The notes beneath the pieces are model-generated. The model had not been told where the DNA came from. It saw only the letters and a program-made list of their open reading frames with translations, and searched no databases. A DNA stretch of 60,255 nucleotides, the filler included, from Rhabdomonas costata (lineage: Eukaryota), in NCBI GenBank assembly GCA_019059605.1. It is 13 parts of 13 records of this genome, joined end to end, with 100 filler letters (N's around TTAATTAATTAA, not from the genome) between each part and the next. Parts side by side here need not be neighbours in the genome. Positions count along the whole stretch, not along the records: positions 23,272 to 27,830 come from JAHMHO010000213.1; positions 27,931 to 32,467 come from JAHMHO010000214.1; positions 32,568 to 37,103 come from JAHMHO010000215.1; positions 37,204 to 41,735 come from JAHMHO010000216.1; 9 more parts are not named here. The stretch is one strand, 5' to 3'. Shown piece after piece: positions 25,193 through 37,343 of the stretch. The translations under genes were made by a program, and so were the position numbers. Numbering within the stretch: the stretch's first letter is position 1; every line of letters begins with the position of its first letter.

Positions 25193-26468
25193 NNNNNNNN
25201 NNNNNNNNNNNNNNNNNNNNNNNNNNNNNNNNNNNNNNNNNNNNNNNNNNNNNNNNNNNNNNNNNNNNNNNNNNNNNNNNNNNNNNNNNNNNNNNNNNNN
25301 NNNNNNNNNNNNNNNNNNNNNNNNNNNNNNNNNNNNNNNNNNNNNNNNNNNNNNNNNNNNNNNNNNNNNNNNNNNNNNNNNNNNNNNNNNNNNNNNNNNN
25401 NNNNNNNNNNNNNNNNNNNNNNNNNNNNNNNNNNNNNNNNNNNNNNNNNNNNNNNNNNNNNNNNNNNNNNNNNNNNNNNNNNNNNNNNNNNNNNNNNNNN
25501 NNNNNNNNNNNNNNNNNNNNNNNNNNNNNNNNNNNNNNNNNNNNNNNNNNNNNNNNNNNNNNNNNNNNNNNNNNNNNNNNNNNNNNNNNNNNNNNNNNNN
25601 NNNNNNNNNNNNNNNNNNNNNNNNNNNNNNNNNNNNNNNNNNNNNNNNNNNNNNNNNNNNNNNNNNNNNNNNNNNNNNNNNNNNNNNNNNNNNNNNNNNN
25701 NNNNNNNNNNNNNNNNNNNNNNNNNNNNNNNNNNNNNNNNNNNNNNNNNNNNNNNNNNNNNNNNNNNNNNNNNNNNNNNNNNNNNNNNNNNNNNNNNNNN
25801 NNNNNNNNNNNNNNNNNNNNNNNNNNNNNNNNNNNNNNNNNNNNNNNNNNNNNNNNNNNNNNNNNNNNNNNNNNNNNNNNNNNNNNNNNNNNNNNNNNNN
25901 NNNNNNNNNNNNNNNNNNNNNNNNNNNNNNNNNNNNNNNNNNNNNNNNNNNNNNNNNNNNNNNNNNNNNNNNNNNNNNNNNNNNNNNNNNNNNNNNNNNN
26001 NNNNNNNNNNNNNTGTGGCATACAATGATTCTTCATTGTTTGCTTTGTTTTCCTGTATGCTGCACTCTGATTGTTACCGTTGCGGTACTTTGCCGGTGTT
26101 GGGTTGGAGTGGGGGGGGGCACCGTAGACGGTCCCTTTACATGCTCTGCATTCGAGACACGTACACCTTGAGGTTTTCAATAATGTCGGTGATGTCATGA
26201 ATTAAAGCCACACGCCGGTGCTCTGTCAAGGATATTTTGCGTTCCACACAAGGCTGAGAGCAGGTTTTATCGCAAACACAAGCCAACTCATGTACACATT
26301 CGCAAAAGTGCTTTGGAAACGGGCATTCGTTAAGCTGCGAACGGTAGGGTTTTTAGCGTGCCAGTCTGCAGCGAACGTTCCCCTTCTTAGCTATCATAGT
26401 ATCCTTTGTTGTCTTTGCTGGGTTTCTTTGTTGTCCCTTTGGTTTTTGTGTGTGTGGTGGGGGATTCG

Positions 26469-27830
26469 ATGGCCCTGGCGGCGCAGAAGGAGGCTGTGGT
26501 GGTGGTGCTTGACGTGGGCCAGGCTGTCGCCCGAATGGCTGACCCCTCAGCCTTCACAGAGGCCAGGCTGGCTGTGGTGAAGGTGATCCAGAACAAGATC
26601 CTCTTCAGTGCTCGGGACGAGGTGGGAGTGCTGCTGATAGGCACCAAGGTGCTCGTCACCGCCTCGCCGCCTCAGCCTTCTTTTTCTGCTCCCATCGCAC
26701 GCTCAAACCCACGCTCACACACTCACACACACTATCTCTCTTCTTCTTTCCTCCGCGCGTCACCTCTGAGGGCATGGAGGCTCAGCTCCCTTTCCGGAGC
26801 TGGTACCCTTGCTCGCCGCGTCTGTAGCACGTTGTGGGTGTCACGTCGAACCCGCAGGCTGCTACCGGAAAATCGGCACAGTGTGGAAGAGACAAAAATC
26901 CGAAAAGCCGCCGCCATAGGGGGTGCGAGGGTGGGGCCTTCTTGCCTCAGTTGTACGGTCAAAAAGACCCGACGCTTCGGTTTCAGCCTCCAAACGAGAG
27001 AATCGGTATTTGTCCCGGATTTCGCCACCTCTAACCCTAACCCTAACACCTATACGCGGGCCTGAATGGATGGATCATTCCGGACTTAGTGAGCTGCAAC
27101 GATGGAAGGAGACCGTCTGCCTCAGCAACTGCTGATCACGTACACAAATCATTCCTCTTTGGTCTTGGGAGTGGGGGAAAGAGATCCCAACGAGCTCCCC
27201 GCTCCTTAACATTGCCGATTACATTTTGCTTTGTTGCGACTTCTTGCCCGCGGAGCGTCGCTTATGACGAGGGCCCTTCCTCTGTCCTATTTCAAGGGCA
27301 CACGGAACTCGCTGGCGGAGCAGTTCCCGGGAGAGTACATGCATATCACGGTGCACCGCGGGCTGGAGCCCCCATCCGCCGGGCTGCTGCGCAGCCTGTC
27401 TGCAGTGAGCCCCGATGGGGGTGGCCCCGCGGACTTTCTGGACGCAACCCTGGTGGCCTGCGACATGCTGCACGCCCGCACCCGCGGGGGCCAGCTGAAG
27501 TTCCGGCGCAGGATCCTCATGGTGACCTATGCCGGGGACGAGCTGCACAATAAGGCGTGGCTGCCCTTCTCGAAACTTTTTTCGGGACTTGGACCTGTTT
27601 GGTTCAGCGCTAGTTTAGGTGTTAGCGTTTGGGTCAGGATTGCGGTTAGGCAATAGGCCTAGGCATTACCAAGATACTCTGTGTTCTACTGGAGTGGCGG
27701 CTCTTGTGCCCGCAGGGGGACCTGCGGACGGTGGTGTCCGTGCTGAGGCTGCAAGGGGTGGCTTTGGATGTGATTGGGATGGCCTTTGGGGATTGCCCTG
27801 AACTCACGGAGGAGGCGCTACAACCCAAAC
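26469..27830 (+). CDS. KU80: Ku80 N-terminal vWA domain; exons 26469-26648, 27297-27554, 27716-contig end
   Basis: MALAAQKEAVVVVLDVG...DEVGVLLIGTKGTRNSLA...YMHITVHRGL...ADFLDATLVACDML...RRILMVT parallels Ku80 (KAAVVLCMDVG, GTDGTDNPL, YQNITVHRHL, ADFLDALIV). Confidence 0.88.
27030..27047 (+). repeat. Short interstitial telomere-type (TAACCC)n tract in Ku80 intron 1
   Basis: The sequence reads ctaaccctaaccctaac. Confidence 0.6.
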
Positions 27831-28333
27831 NNNNNNNNNNNNNNNNNNNNNNNNNNNNNNNNNNNNNNNNNNNNTTAATTAATTAANNNNNNNNNNNNNN
27901 NNNNNNNNNNNNNNNNNNNNNNNNNNNNNNCATTCCGTAAGCCAAGGAGGTCATCTTGCCCAGTGCCACCATTTTGTCTGACGGATTACGCTCACGTTCG
28001 ACCTTCCGACGACGACCTCTGGGCTGCTTTGGAGACCTTGTCGTTGTAAGTTCTGCCTATGGTGCAAGGGGGGGGGGGCGTAAATGAAGTTATGCCGAAC
28101 AAAACTTCTCAAAGCTTTATCCCTAGATACTGCGTTGGCCCTTTTTGACGGTCGAACTCGAAGGAAGGCCAGGAAAACTCACCGAGTGAACTAGCAGCAA
28201 CATTACTCGAAAAAGCAGAGTTGAGGCGACTGCATATAAGGAGAGGGAACGAAGTTCTCTCGGGGCAACTCCACGAGACGGAAACGCTGCGGAGCCATTG
28301 CTTGAGAAAAAGATTGGCAATGCCAAGAATGGC

Positions 28334-31300
28334 TCATCCCATTCTCACCGCATCGAAGTCGGCATCCTCCAAATTCAGCCATTCGGGAACAACACGATCT
28401 GACAAAAACAGCACACTCAAAACAGAACTAGCAGCTATAAGTTTTGAAACGCCGCCAAGGTAACTCTTGCAGAGGTTTTCATAATGCTAAAAACAAGTTT
28501 TTGGCAAAAAGAATGGCAGGTTGAAAGGCAGAACTTGCGCCACGATGCGCCACCACCCCAAGTTTTGTGCGGCATGGTGTTGCATATGTTTCTCCGCGCA
28601 ACCTCAACTCACAACCGCATTTTCGGCAGCAAAAAAGGGCGGTGAAAAAATGGATTCTTCCTGGTGGTATTATGTTTCTTTTTGATTTGTTCTTTGTGCC
28701 ATCCCTTTATGCCATCCCTTTGTGCTATCCCTATCTTTGACTTTTGTGTGATGACACATGCCAAATTATAAACGTTTAGCACTGGTTTTAGCTTATAGGA
28801 TCTATGGTCGGGCTTTGACGGACCAGTGGGTCAATTTTATTTTTAGCACATGAGGCAAGGCCGCACCGAGGCCAGAGCGGGTTGGGACATTCTCTGGGGT
28901 GGGGGATGCTTCTTTGGCTTGAAACCGTTTAACCAAACGCAAAGCGGCTGAACGGGCCATTTTTGGCAAAAGTTATTTTAGGGCACGGGGGTTACGTAAA
29001 GTGTGTTGCCTAATTCGTATTCGGATAATAAGTTAACCCCTCTCCAGGTTTATGAGCCCCAAACATTCGTGTCATTGAGATAACAAATGCCTGGCAAAAT
29101 GGTGAAACCTAGGAGGAAAACCACGCCACTGCACACCGTTTTTGACGAGAAGAGCAATCAAAGCTGGCAGAAAGTCCTGGTCCACAGAGGAGACGAAGGA
29201 TAGGGCAACGCCAGGCCGGCCTGCTCGGGACACACGGCCCACACGGTGCACAAAGTCACGGATGGACTTCGGCAGGTCGTAGTTTACAACCATTCGCAGG
29301 TCGGGAAAATCTGACAATTGACGTACACACTCCGAGAGAACAAGAGAAGCCAACGTTTTGGACAAAAAGGCTGAAAGCCTCCTGCCTCCTGGTTCAGAGA
29401 ATGCGTTTTTCCAATCACAGAGGACAAAGTCATCGGGGCTCCAACGACAACCACCCTACCTACCCAAGCACACACATGAAACTGGTGTCTGAGGTGTGGC
29501 ACCATACGCGGCGAGCTTGCATGTGCAGTGTGGTTGATAGTATACAAGTACGTGTGAGCGACGGGAAACCCGGGGCACGAGAAAAGGAGCGGCGGGCACC
29601 CGGTCACACACATACGGCGCATTTGACCAAAGTGAATTTTTCCGGGGAGGACTCCAGGTCCACTTCCACCCTGGGCTCCCACCTCTTGAGGGGACATCGG
29701 ACCTCACAACCTTGTCGGTCCACGATGTCTTGTCGCGTAGGGTTGGCGTACCCCATGTGACCCCGATCCAGAGTGTACGCGGGGCCCGATTGGCGCGTTT
29801 AGAAATCTGTTGTGGGTTCCAAACCTCGCGCTCGTACACAAACATGAGACTGGTGTATGGCACGTACGCGCGCACGCGCGCGCGCACACACACACACGCA
29901 CACACACACACACGCACACCCAGGCCACGGGCCTCCCCAGTGGTCACTAGCACGCGGATGTGCCCCTGCGCGAACTCCCTTGCGGTAAGCTGCCTCTGGC
30001 TGCAACCGGGGCCCGCCCAGAGGCCATTCAGAGCGGCCGCCCCGCCAGCGCCCACCACCCTGCGGTAGGCGTCGCTGTTCAGGTCGTTTACCACCGATCG
30101 GGCGGAGGTCCGGTCCTTGGTGAACACTGCGTGGGTTGTGGGAGCCCAGTAGGGACTTTGACACGGGCACAGAGCAGCATACACGAGACAAGACCGGCAT
30201 ACAATGGCAAGCAAGAGTGCAGAAATACCTAAGAGCTGATCGGTGGGAGACTTGCACAGCAGGGCGAGAAGGGTGAAGAACTTCTCAGGTTCTTGCACTT
30301 GCTTGAAGCACAATCTCAACCCAGGCGGAAGCTGAAGGGTGAATTCCTGGAAGTGAAGGGAAAGCCACCCCCAGGGCAACAGCAGCAGGTTCGATGCTGT
30401 CCGCGCGGTCGATGCTTCCGTGATTTTTGAATTTGTGTGGGTATTTGCGTGTGACGGTCGGCTCATGGCAGTTTTGCTGAAAGCAGCCAAGCTAAGGCAA
30501 AAGGAAATAAGGAGAACAGGCCCACCAGGTCAAAATTCTGCGCTCAAAACGCACAAAGTGAGCGGACAGTGTACCTGGGGACATAACCCCCCATAGAACA
30601 CCGTTGATGGTGATGGGCGAAAATCTAAAAGTCGCTGCTATTCCCCGTGTCAATCTTTGGTTCTCTGAATTACTATAAGAAACAGTTTGACCAAATCGAA
30701 CGTGTGAGGCAAGATTAGTTCAGAGGTGGAGGCCAGCCCCCCGCGGCGCGTCTGAGGAAGGGGTGCAGACGCTTCAACGTGTGGCGATGTACGTCAAAAT
30801 GTTCGGGGACCTCTAGGTTCGACATTCTAAGACATACCAACATTATACTCCCCAAAAAGTGCGCAAGGCAGGAAGTCTCACAGACCTTGAAGACTCCCAA
30901 GAGGGTGGGTGGTGGCTTGCCCAGTGAGCTCATTTCTGTAGTGGCCGACACGAAAGCGGTGACGACCGAAGCTGAGAGGGAAGCATACCGCCGGATATGC
31001 TCAAAACTGTGCAAAAACGATATAAAGATATAACCGGATTAAGAGAAGTGCGGAAGACCATCGCTTTTGCTGGAGGGAAAGACCTTGCGGATGTGGAGGG
31101 AAGCAAAAATTGCGGAAACAACCCACCGTAACCTCTCTGCCGTCCCCCTCCCCCTCCGTCGTGCTCAAAACAGAACCCCTACCGCCCAAAGGAAAGGAAA
31201 AGGTAATGCCTCCATTGCGTCTCAAGCCTCTGGAGTTGGCCCGGAGAAGAAGGCTTCGAACACAATGCTTGGCGTTGCTCAGCAGGCAGTCCGCCTCATC

Positions 31301-32339
31301 CAAAACAATCAGCCTGCACCCCCCCTTACCATTACTCACATCCTCCACAAACATCCTTCCCCAAGATTGTCTGGTTGCCATTGGGAAGGACGGAAACAGA
31401 AACAAGGAAAGCAGCTCTATACACAAAATTTGGTAGGGAGACTGTGACAATCAAAGCGATGAAAAACATTTGGATGCGACGTCTTTTACCCACCTTTTAG
31501 AATCACCATGTGATACAATATCCTATCTGGCTTTATCTCACTCAATCTCAAAGAACCTAAAAAACCCAAATATCCCTTTACTCTTTGCTAACCAAAAAGA
31601 AAAACACGTGCGCCGCAAGAAAGGCAGAGGGTATTCCCACCGAGTGTGGGTGTGGAAACGGGGCGGAACAGCACCGTAGGCTGCGCCTGGAGAAGATGGA
31701 CATATCCAGTGCCTCCCGCAGGATGACCTCAGTCAGGACAACCACACCGACGCTCGGAGCAGTATGAGCGCGGGTAAACCGGGAGAGCTTCTCCGCGGAG
31801 AGGTTCCAGAACGGGCAGGGAAGCCCATGTACCAACTACCGCACCCCCGCACTCACCCCACTTCAGCCCCATAAAACGACACCTCCCGGAGTGAACGGCA
31901 GTGAGACCAGCTCGCGAGCCACGGTTGAAACCCAAGAGACCAAAAAGCAGTCAGAAATATGGCATTTGGAGAGACCCGCCTGGGGGGGGGATGTCAACCA
32001 GCACCTTAGCACCTTATCTTCCGAAGTCCGAAGTATCTAACTTCCGGCGTATTCCACGAAGCATGGCACATGTGAAGACAACCAGTAAAGGACAAACACT
32101 CGTCGAATGAGGTTGCCGTATAAAATGTTCTTCTTTCGATTAGAAGAGACTACGAGTGTACCAGCAGAATGATACAGAACATCACGAACTTTCCCTGAAG
32201 TCAATAAAAACAGTCACACAGGGACCCGCCCCTTTGCAAGGGACCTCGTTTCCCCACCGCGCCACTTGCTCTGCCAGTTCATCGCTGGGGACGAGGACCA
32301 GCGCTATGGGCTCACAATTGGGACCACGCTGCGGAAGCC
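28334..32339 (-). CDS. Divergent DEAD-box RNA helicase, 5'-truncated; exons 32339-32245, ~31791-31675, 31313-~31266, 31006-30921, 30624-30575, 30346-30229, 30126-29920, 29310-29137, 28398-28334
   Basis: Motifs in order: Ia PIALVLVPSDELAEQ, II LIVLDEAD, III VSAT, IV LLVFTK, V TTGEARGLD, VVNYDLP, VI FVHRVGRVSRAG, then C-terminal VPEWL. Confidence 0.88.
29866..29919. repeat. (CG)n/(CA)n alternating purine-pyrimidine microsatellite at the 5' end of a helicase intron
   Basis: acgcgcgcacgcgcgcgcgcacacacacacacgcacacacacacacacgcacac lies directly at the GT donor (29919). Confidence 0.9.
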
Positions 32340-32958
32340 CTGGACCAAACCCAATGCACAACCCACAAATACGTTCGCCCTGCTTCCGGACCTAATATAT
32401 ATTCTGTCGATTTGTCATTGCATTGATCGAAGTAGTGTACGGGCAGTAAGGTACCCAAAAACACCACNNNNNNNNNNNNNNNNNNNNNNNNNNNNNNNNN
32501 NNNNNNNNNNNTTAATTAATTAANNNNNNNNNNNNNNNNNNNNNNNNNNNNNNNNNNNNNNNNNNNNGGTGTTGTGGTTGGCTTTCAGAGGTGGCGTTTC
32601 ACAGGAACAGCGGTGCCATGTATTATTTGAGGGAAGAAATGACTTCAAGTATTTTGTGGACTTTCAATTGACAAAGCCGCAGCTGACGATGAACTTTTCC
32701 ACCAGAAAACGCGTCGGGGTCTGTTCTATCTCGCTGGACCTGTCAGTGCCCCTTGGCCATTGCCTTCGCTAAGATTTATAGCTGTTGTTGTGAGGTTGCA
32801 AAAACCCTTCGAATAACCCGAGCAGCTTGTGACCTGTTTTTTTTGCCTTACACACACGCTGCGAACTGTAAGGAAGCTTTCTTCCTTACAGTTCCTGTCT
32901 TCCCGACGAGGCGCATGATGGGTTGTCCTGTGCCCCTCCATCGCCTCTTGAATAATAG

Positions 32959-35091
32959 GAAGTACCTTTATTGGCTGCTTTGCGGACAACACCGACGCGG
33001 GCAGCACGAGGGACATCCCCAACCCGAACACTGGCTCCACCCCCGCGACGTGCATCGCAGCGTGCAAGGCCGCAGGGTATACGTATGCGGCATTGCAGTG
33101 GGCTGAGGAGTGCTGGTGTGGGCCCTCCTACGGGTCTTATGGAGTTTCACAGCGATGTAACTTCTATTGCTTAGCCGACGCCAGTCAAAACTGCGGAGGC
33201 TGGGCCTCCAACGTCGTGTACCTCACCACTGCCGCCAGCAGTATGCCGCCCAATTCCTGTGGGCTGTGTTGCGCTGTTTGTATGGATCTTCTGTGGTGTG
33301 TGGCATCAGGTGCGCTTTTTAGTGGATTGTGGAATTTTCGAAGATTTTGAGGTTGTAGGAGCGTTTCTTTGCTACCCCGAGCCTTGACTTGTGTGAATGC
33401 CTGCATGAGGATTTGTTTCCAGTGCTTCTCTGCTCCAGTGCGTTGTTGCCTGTGCGTTTTTGCCAGTGCGTCGGCTCGGTCTGTGCGAACTGGTGGGTCT
33501 GTATGCCTGCTGATGTTCCCTCCTCAGGGTTGTGGTGGTATGCATGAAAAAAGGACTGCGACCGCTATCGGAAACATCGGCAGTAGAGATAGTGGGGTGG
33601 AGTGCTGATGCGGTCCGGGCGATCGCTCATTGCTCGAGTATAAGGGACGCAAGGAACAAGCCTAGAACAGGACTGTACGACACAAGGGCACATGACCAAA
33701 GCTTGTGGGCCGAAACCAGGTGATGAACATCTGGGAAGGATGCGTAAGTTCTCTGCAAAACGTGATTGATTTTCGATACATTGAAGCAAGGAATGGAGCA
33801 AACAAAAGAGGCACGAATACAGTGATCGACAGAGTTCTTAAAGGACTGAATCCCACATGATTTGTCAATTATTACAATTCTTTTGCGTTGTAGGTAAGCA
33901 CCAAAAAACCTTCAAATTGGGGCAGAGAGAACAAAACACAACAATCAGAACAAAGCGAATGGGACCACCAGTCTCTGGTTCTGAAGGGAAGACCAACAAT
34001 CGAAGGCACGCCAATTTTTGCGGTGGGAAAAACGGTGCAGACTCCGTGAGTCGTGAGTGTCATGGAAGTGACCTCGCCAAACTCGTCGTCAAGACATTTT
34101 GCGTTTGGATATGACAAGAAATGAAAGATCTTGGCGATATGTTGAGTTTTCAGCAACATGTAACGTTTGTGATGGATGCACGACAGATCCGTCCTGCGTG
34201 GCAACCGCTGCTCCGGTGGGGTATGTCGGCGACTGCACTGCTGGCACGACCTGCACCCCCACTCCAGCCATAGCCTGCGCCTCCGGGTACTACCGTTTGC
34301 CCGGATGGAGCGCATCGGGTGCCCAATGCGTGATCAATGGAGGATCCTTTTCCTACTTCGGATGTGGTGTGCCACCTGAGTGTTTTTTTTGTCAAAGTTT
34401 TCGGTTTTGCATATTCTTTTGAAGTAAAAACGTGCACTTTGTTCTCACCAAAGCCTGTATTGTGCACTGAGCTGCCTCGAACATGTGCCAAGGATGTGCC
34501 CTCGATCAAAGCGGAAGCAGAAGGATGTGCCCTCACCACCCTGTGCTGATGTTGTGTGCCGGTCTTTGAACACTGGACAATGATTCCGTTCCCTCACCAC
34601 CCTGTTGCAGAGCAGAAGCTGATTGCACCGCTTGGCCGCTGCGTTCGGGTCTGCGGTTATATGCAGAACGCATAAACTCAAAGGCGAAAAAAGAGAGCGT
34701 CAGCTGCATTACACTCCGGGAACTTAGGCATACAAGAAGAGGATATAAGGTCTGCATCAAGGCAGGTAAAACCAAACCAAACCAAAGCGATTGCCTTTTA
34801 TCGTTGCCCCTTTTCCACCAGGAAGTAATTACATCGGCTGCTTCACTGGAGAGGCCTCCCAACTGCCCTTCCAGGCGGCGATATCTGCAGTGACGCCAAC
34901 TTCATGCTCCTCTCGTTGTCTGGCGCTGGGGTTCCGGTACTCTGGGGTCCAGCAGGGCTCGCAGTGCTGGTGCGGAAACGCCTTTAGCAGAAATGGGTTT
35001 TCCAAGACGTTGTGCACCACGCCGTGCACCGCGGACTCGGGTCAGATCTGCGGAGGTTCCAGCGATGCGATGTCGGTTTACCTTACCAAAG
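32959..35091 (+). CDS. Extracellular protein with two WSC carbohydrate-binding domains and a Cys-rich module; exons 32959-33240, 34154-34366, 34822-35091
   Basis: FIGCFAD...TPATCIAACKAAGYTYAALQWAEECWCG...C...C...CGG...VY and YIGCF...TPTSCSSRCLALGFRYSGVQQGSQCWCGN...CTTPCTADSGQICGG...VY both show the 8-Cys WSC pattern. Confidence 0.9.
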
Positions 35092-35807
35092 GTGTGCATC
35101 TCATCTCCGTTCGACAGCGCTTCGTCGATGGACCCCTTTTTCTAATGATGGGGTTTGACAGCTCTTGCGTAAGATGCTTGTCCCCGCCGAGAGGAACACC
35201 GAGAGAGGGAGCTACACACTTGGTCTTGAAATGAGAGTAATTGGGGTAAGGGTGGTCACTTTACGCAGCTCGAATCCATTCAAAACACCTTCTCCTTTGC
35301 GGGTCCCAGCACACCTGTTGTTTCTTCCATTACAATATAAGGCTATTCCACCCGGAAACAGAGAGATTAGTCTGTAACAAGTCTTTTTACCCTGTTTTTA
35401 TGTCGCTGGTCTCAAAAATGTAGTGTACTTGGAGATGACCGCAGTCCGTAGTTCCGTAGTTGAGGGTTTGGCCTGGGAGGCAAAATACGGTATGGAAACG
35501 AGCTTTGCGCGCCGAAGGCGCGGGGATTTATAGGAGTGAATCTCCAGCCCTTTCAGACCTTTAGGTACACAGTATACAGTACAAAGGCGAAGTTTCGCCC
35601 TAAAGAACAGTCTTTTTGAAGGTGACATTGGTGTGTTGCTGGTGCACGGCGTGCACCTTCAACATCAGGCGACACATTGACTGCCCTGTTTTAGCACCGC
35701 TCAGCCCTACATCCAGTGCTTGACCTGCAAAGGTCTCAGTTTACGGTGGAGCCCATTATGAATTTGCGATCTGACTATGGAATTTCTCTTTTTGTTTTCT
35801 TTACAAG

Positions 35808-36670
35808 GGCAAAGCGGGGTGGTGGTATTCATTCGTGTTGGCGCTGTCTTCCCCAATGACAGTGAGCACGCTGATCAGGGAAGGTATGGAGTCGAGTAAA
35901 TGCACATACTCTAGCGACATAGTTCTCCTGCGGTGCCCCTTGCAGGAGTTGCCTTTGTGGCCGCTAGTGCGGTCAAGGTGATGACAGCGCTTCTGTCGTT
36001 GGTGGTGAGGTTGCGGGAGCGGGGCAGCGGAGGGCCGGAGCAGGATCCGGAGGAGCTCTTCCTGCGCAGCGGCGTTGCAGATAAGGTGTGTCTGAAGTGG
36101 TTTGTGCAACTCCTGCTGAGCCTGAGTCGACTGTGCGGTCGGGGGCATTTCTCAATGGTTTTATCACCGCCCCTTGCTCAAGTCGGACTGGTGGTGAAAG
36201 GAAAATATGAATCTAGGGCTAGGGTTCCAAGACCCAGAGCCTGCCGCTCTGTGGTGTCGTGCAGTTTGAGTTGGTTTTGGGAGGTCTTAGAGAGAACCTG
36301 TCCCGTTCGGGGTAACAGGAAACTCTGACCCCAAGGACCGACCACGCAGCGTTTCGGGATGCCTGTTGTACATACAAAGACCCCAGGCCTGCTTCGGCTG
36401 AGTCCTTCTCGGTGAGAATCTTTCAAAGAATATCAATTCCAGTGCTGCATTTGTGCGGAGTTAGAATGTTTTTGTTTACTATAAGGCTGAGTTAAAGCAG
36501 ACTTGACCTCCAAAGTATTCAGTCGTAGCAAGATTTGGGGCTCGGGAGTTAATGGGGAGAAGCGGCGCAGCACTGCACGGGGGCCTGTGCAGGTGGCGGA
36601 GGCGTGTGTGAGGTTGGAGCTGCGGCGAAAGGAAGGCCTGCTGCTGTCCAGTCTTCTGCAATTCCTGGAG
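35808..36670 (+). CDS. Hypothetical helical protein; exons 35808-35883, 35946-36085, 36593-36670
   Basis: Three phase-compatible GT-AG exons with a Leu-rich helical translation (DPEELFLRSGVADK|VAEACVRLELRRKEGLLLSSLLQFLE). Any link to the WSC exons is unknown. Confidence 0.45.
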
Positions 36671-37203
36671 GTCTGCCTTCTTGCAACTCCGATCGTGTTG
36701 AGAAGGCTTTTGGTTTCATTTCTGTGCGCATACAAGCATTGCCTGTCTCAAGAACCTCCTCAGTTTTTTTCCGCCCAGAACCAGGTTTTCAAACCAGCTC
36801 ACGTCCCCCACTGGATGTTATTTCGGTCGCTTTCTGTTGCGATCCGATAGGGTTGGTATATTTTAGGTAAACGATATAAATGGGGTACAACCCCCCACCG
36901 AAAAAAAAGAAATTGACCAGATTGCTAAACGTTATTACACCGTGAAATCTTTTCTCAACCTTATGTCGATTATGATTGTTTTACCGCTTATCGCTCCCCT
37001 ACCCCATTCATTGTACCCCCGACAACACCTGAGTCTCTGGCACTTGAGAACCCGAACTTACACCTCTGCCCCTCCCTCCTTGTCTTTGTCCTGCCCAACA
37101 CCCNNNNNNNNNNNNNNNNNNNNNNNNNNNNNNNNNNNNNNNNNNNNTTAATTAATTAANNNNNNNNNNNNNNNNNNNNNNNNNNNNNNNNNNNNNNNNN
37201 NNN

Positions 37204-37343
37204 TTGGTTCTGGGTAGCGCACGGCCCATTGATCAACGAGCAATAATATCAGGATTCTCTTCTTGCTGCGATAGCGCTTTTCGAGATGAGAATCCTGATA
37301 TTATTGTTCGTTGATCAATGGGCCGTGCGCTACCCAGAACCAA
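37204..37343. repeat. Contig-terminal inverted repeat (56-bp arms, one mismatch)
   Basis: 37204-37259 is the reverse complement of 37288-37343. Confidence 0.9.
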
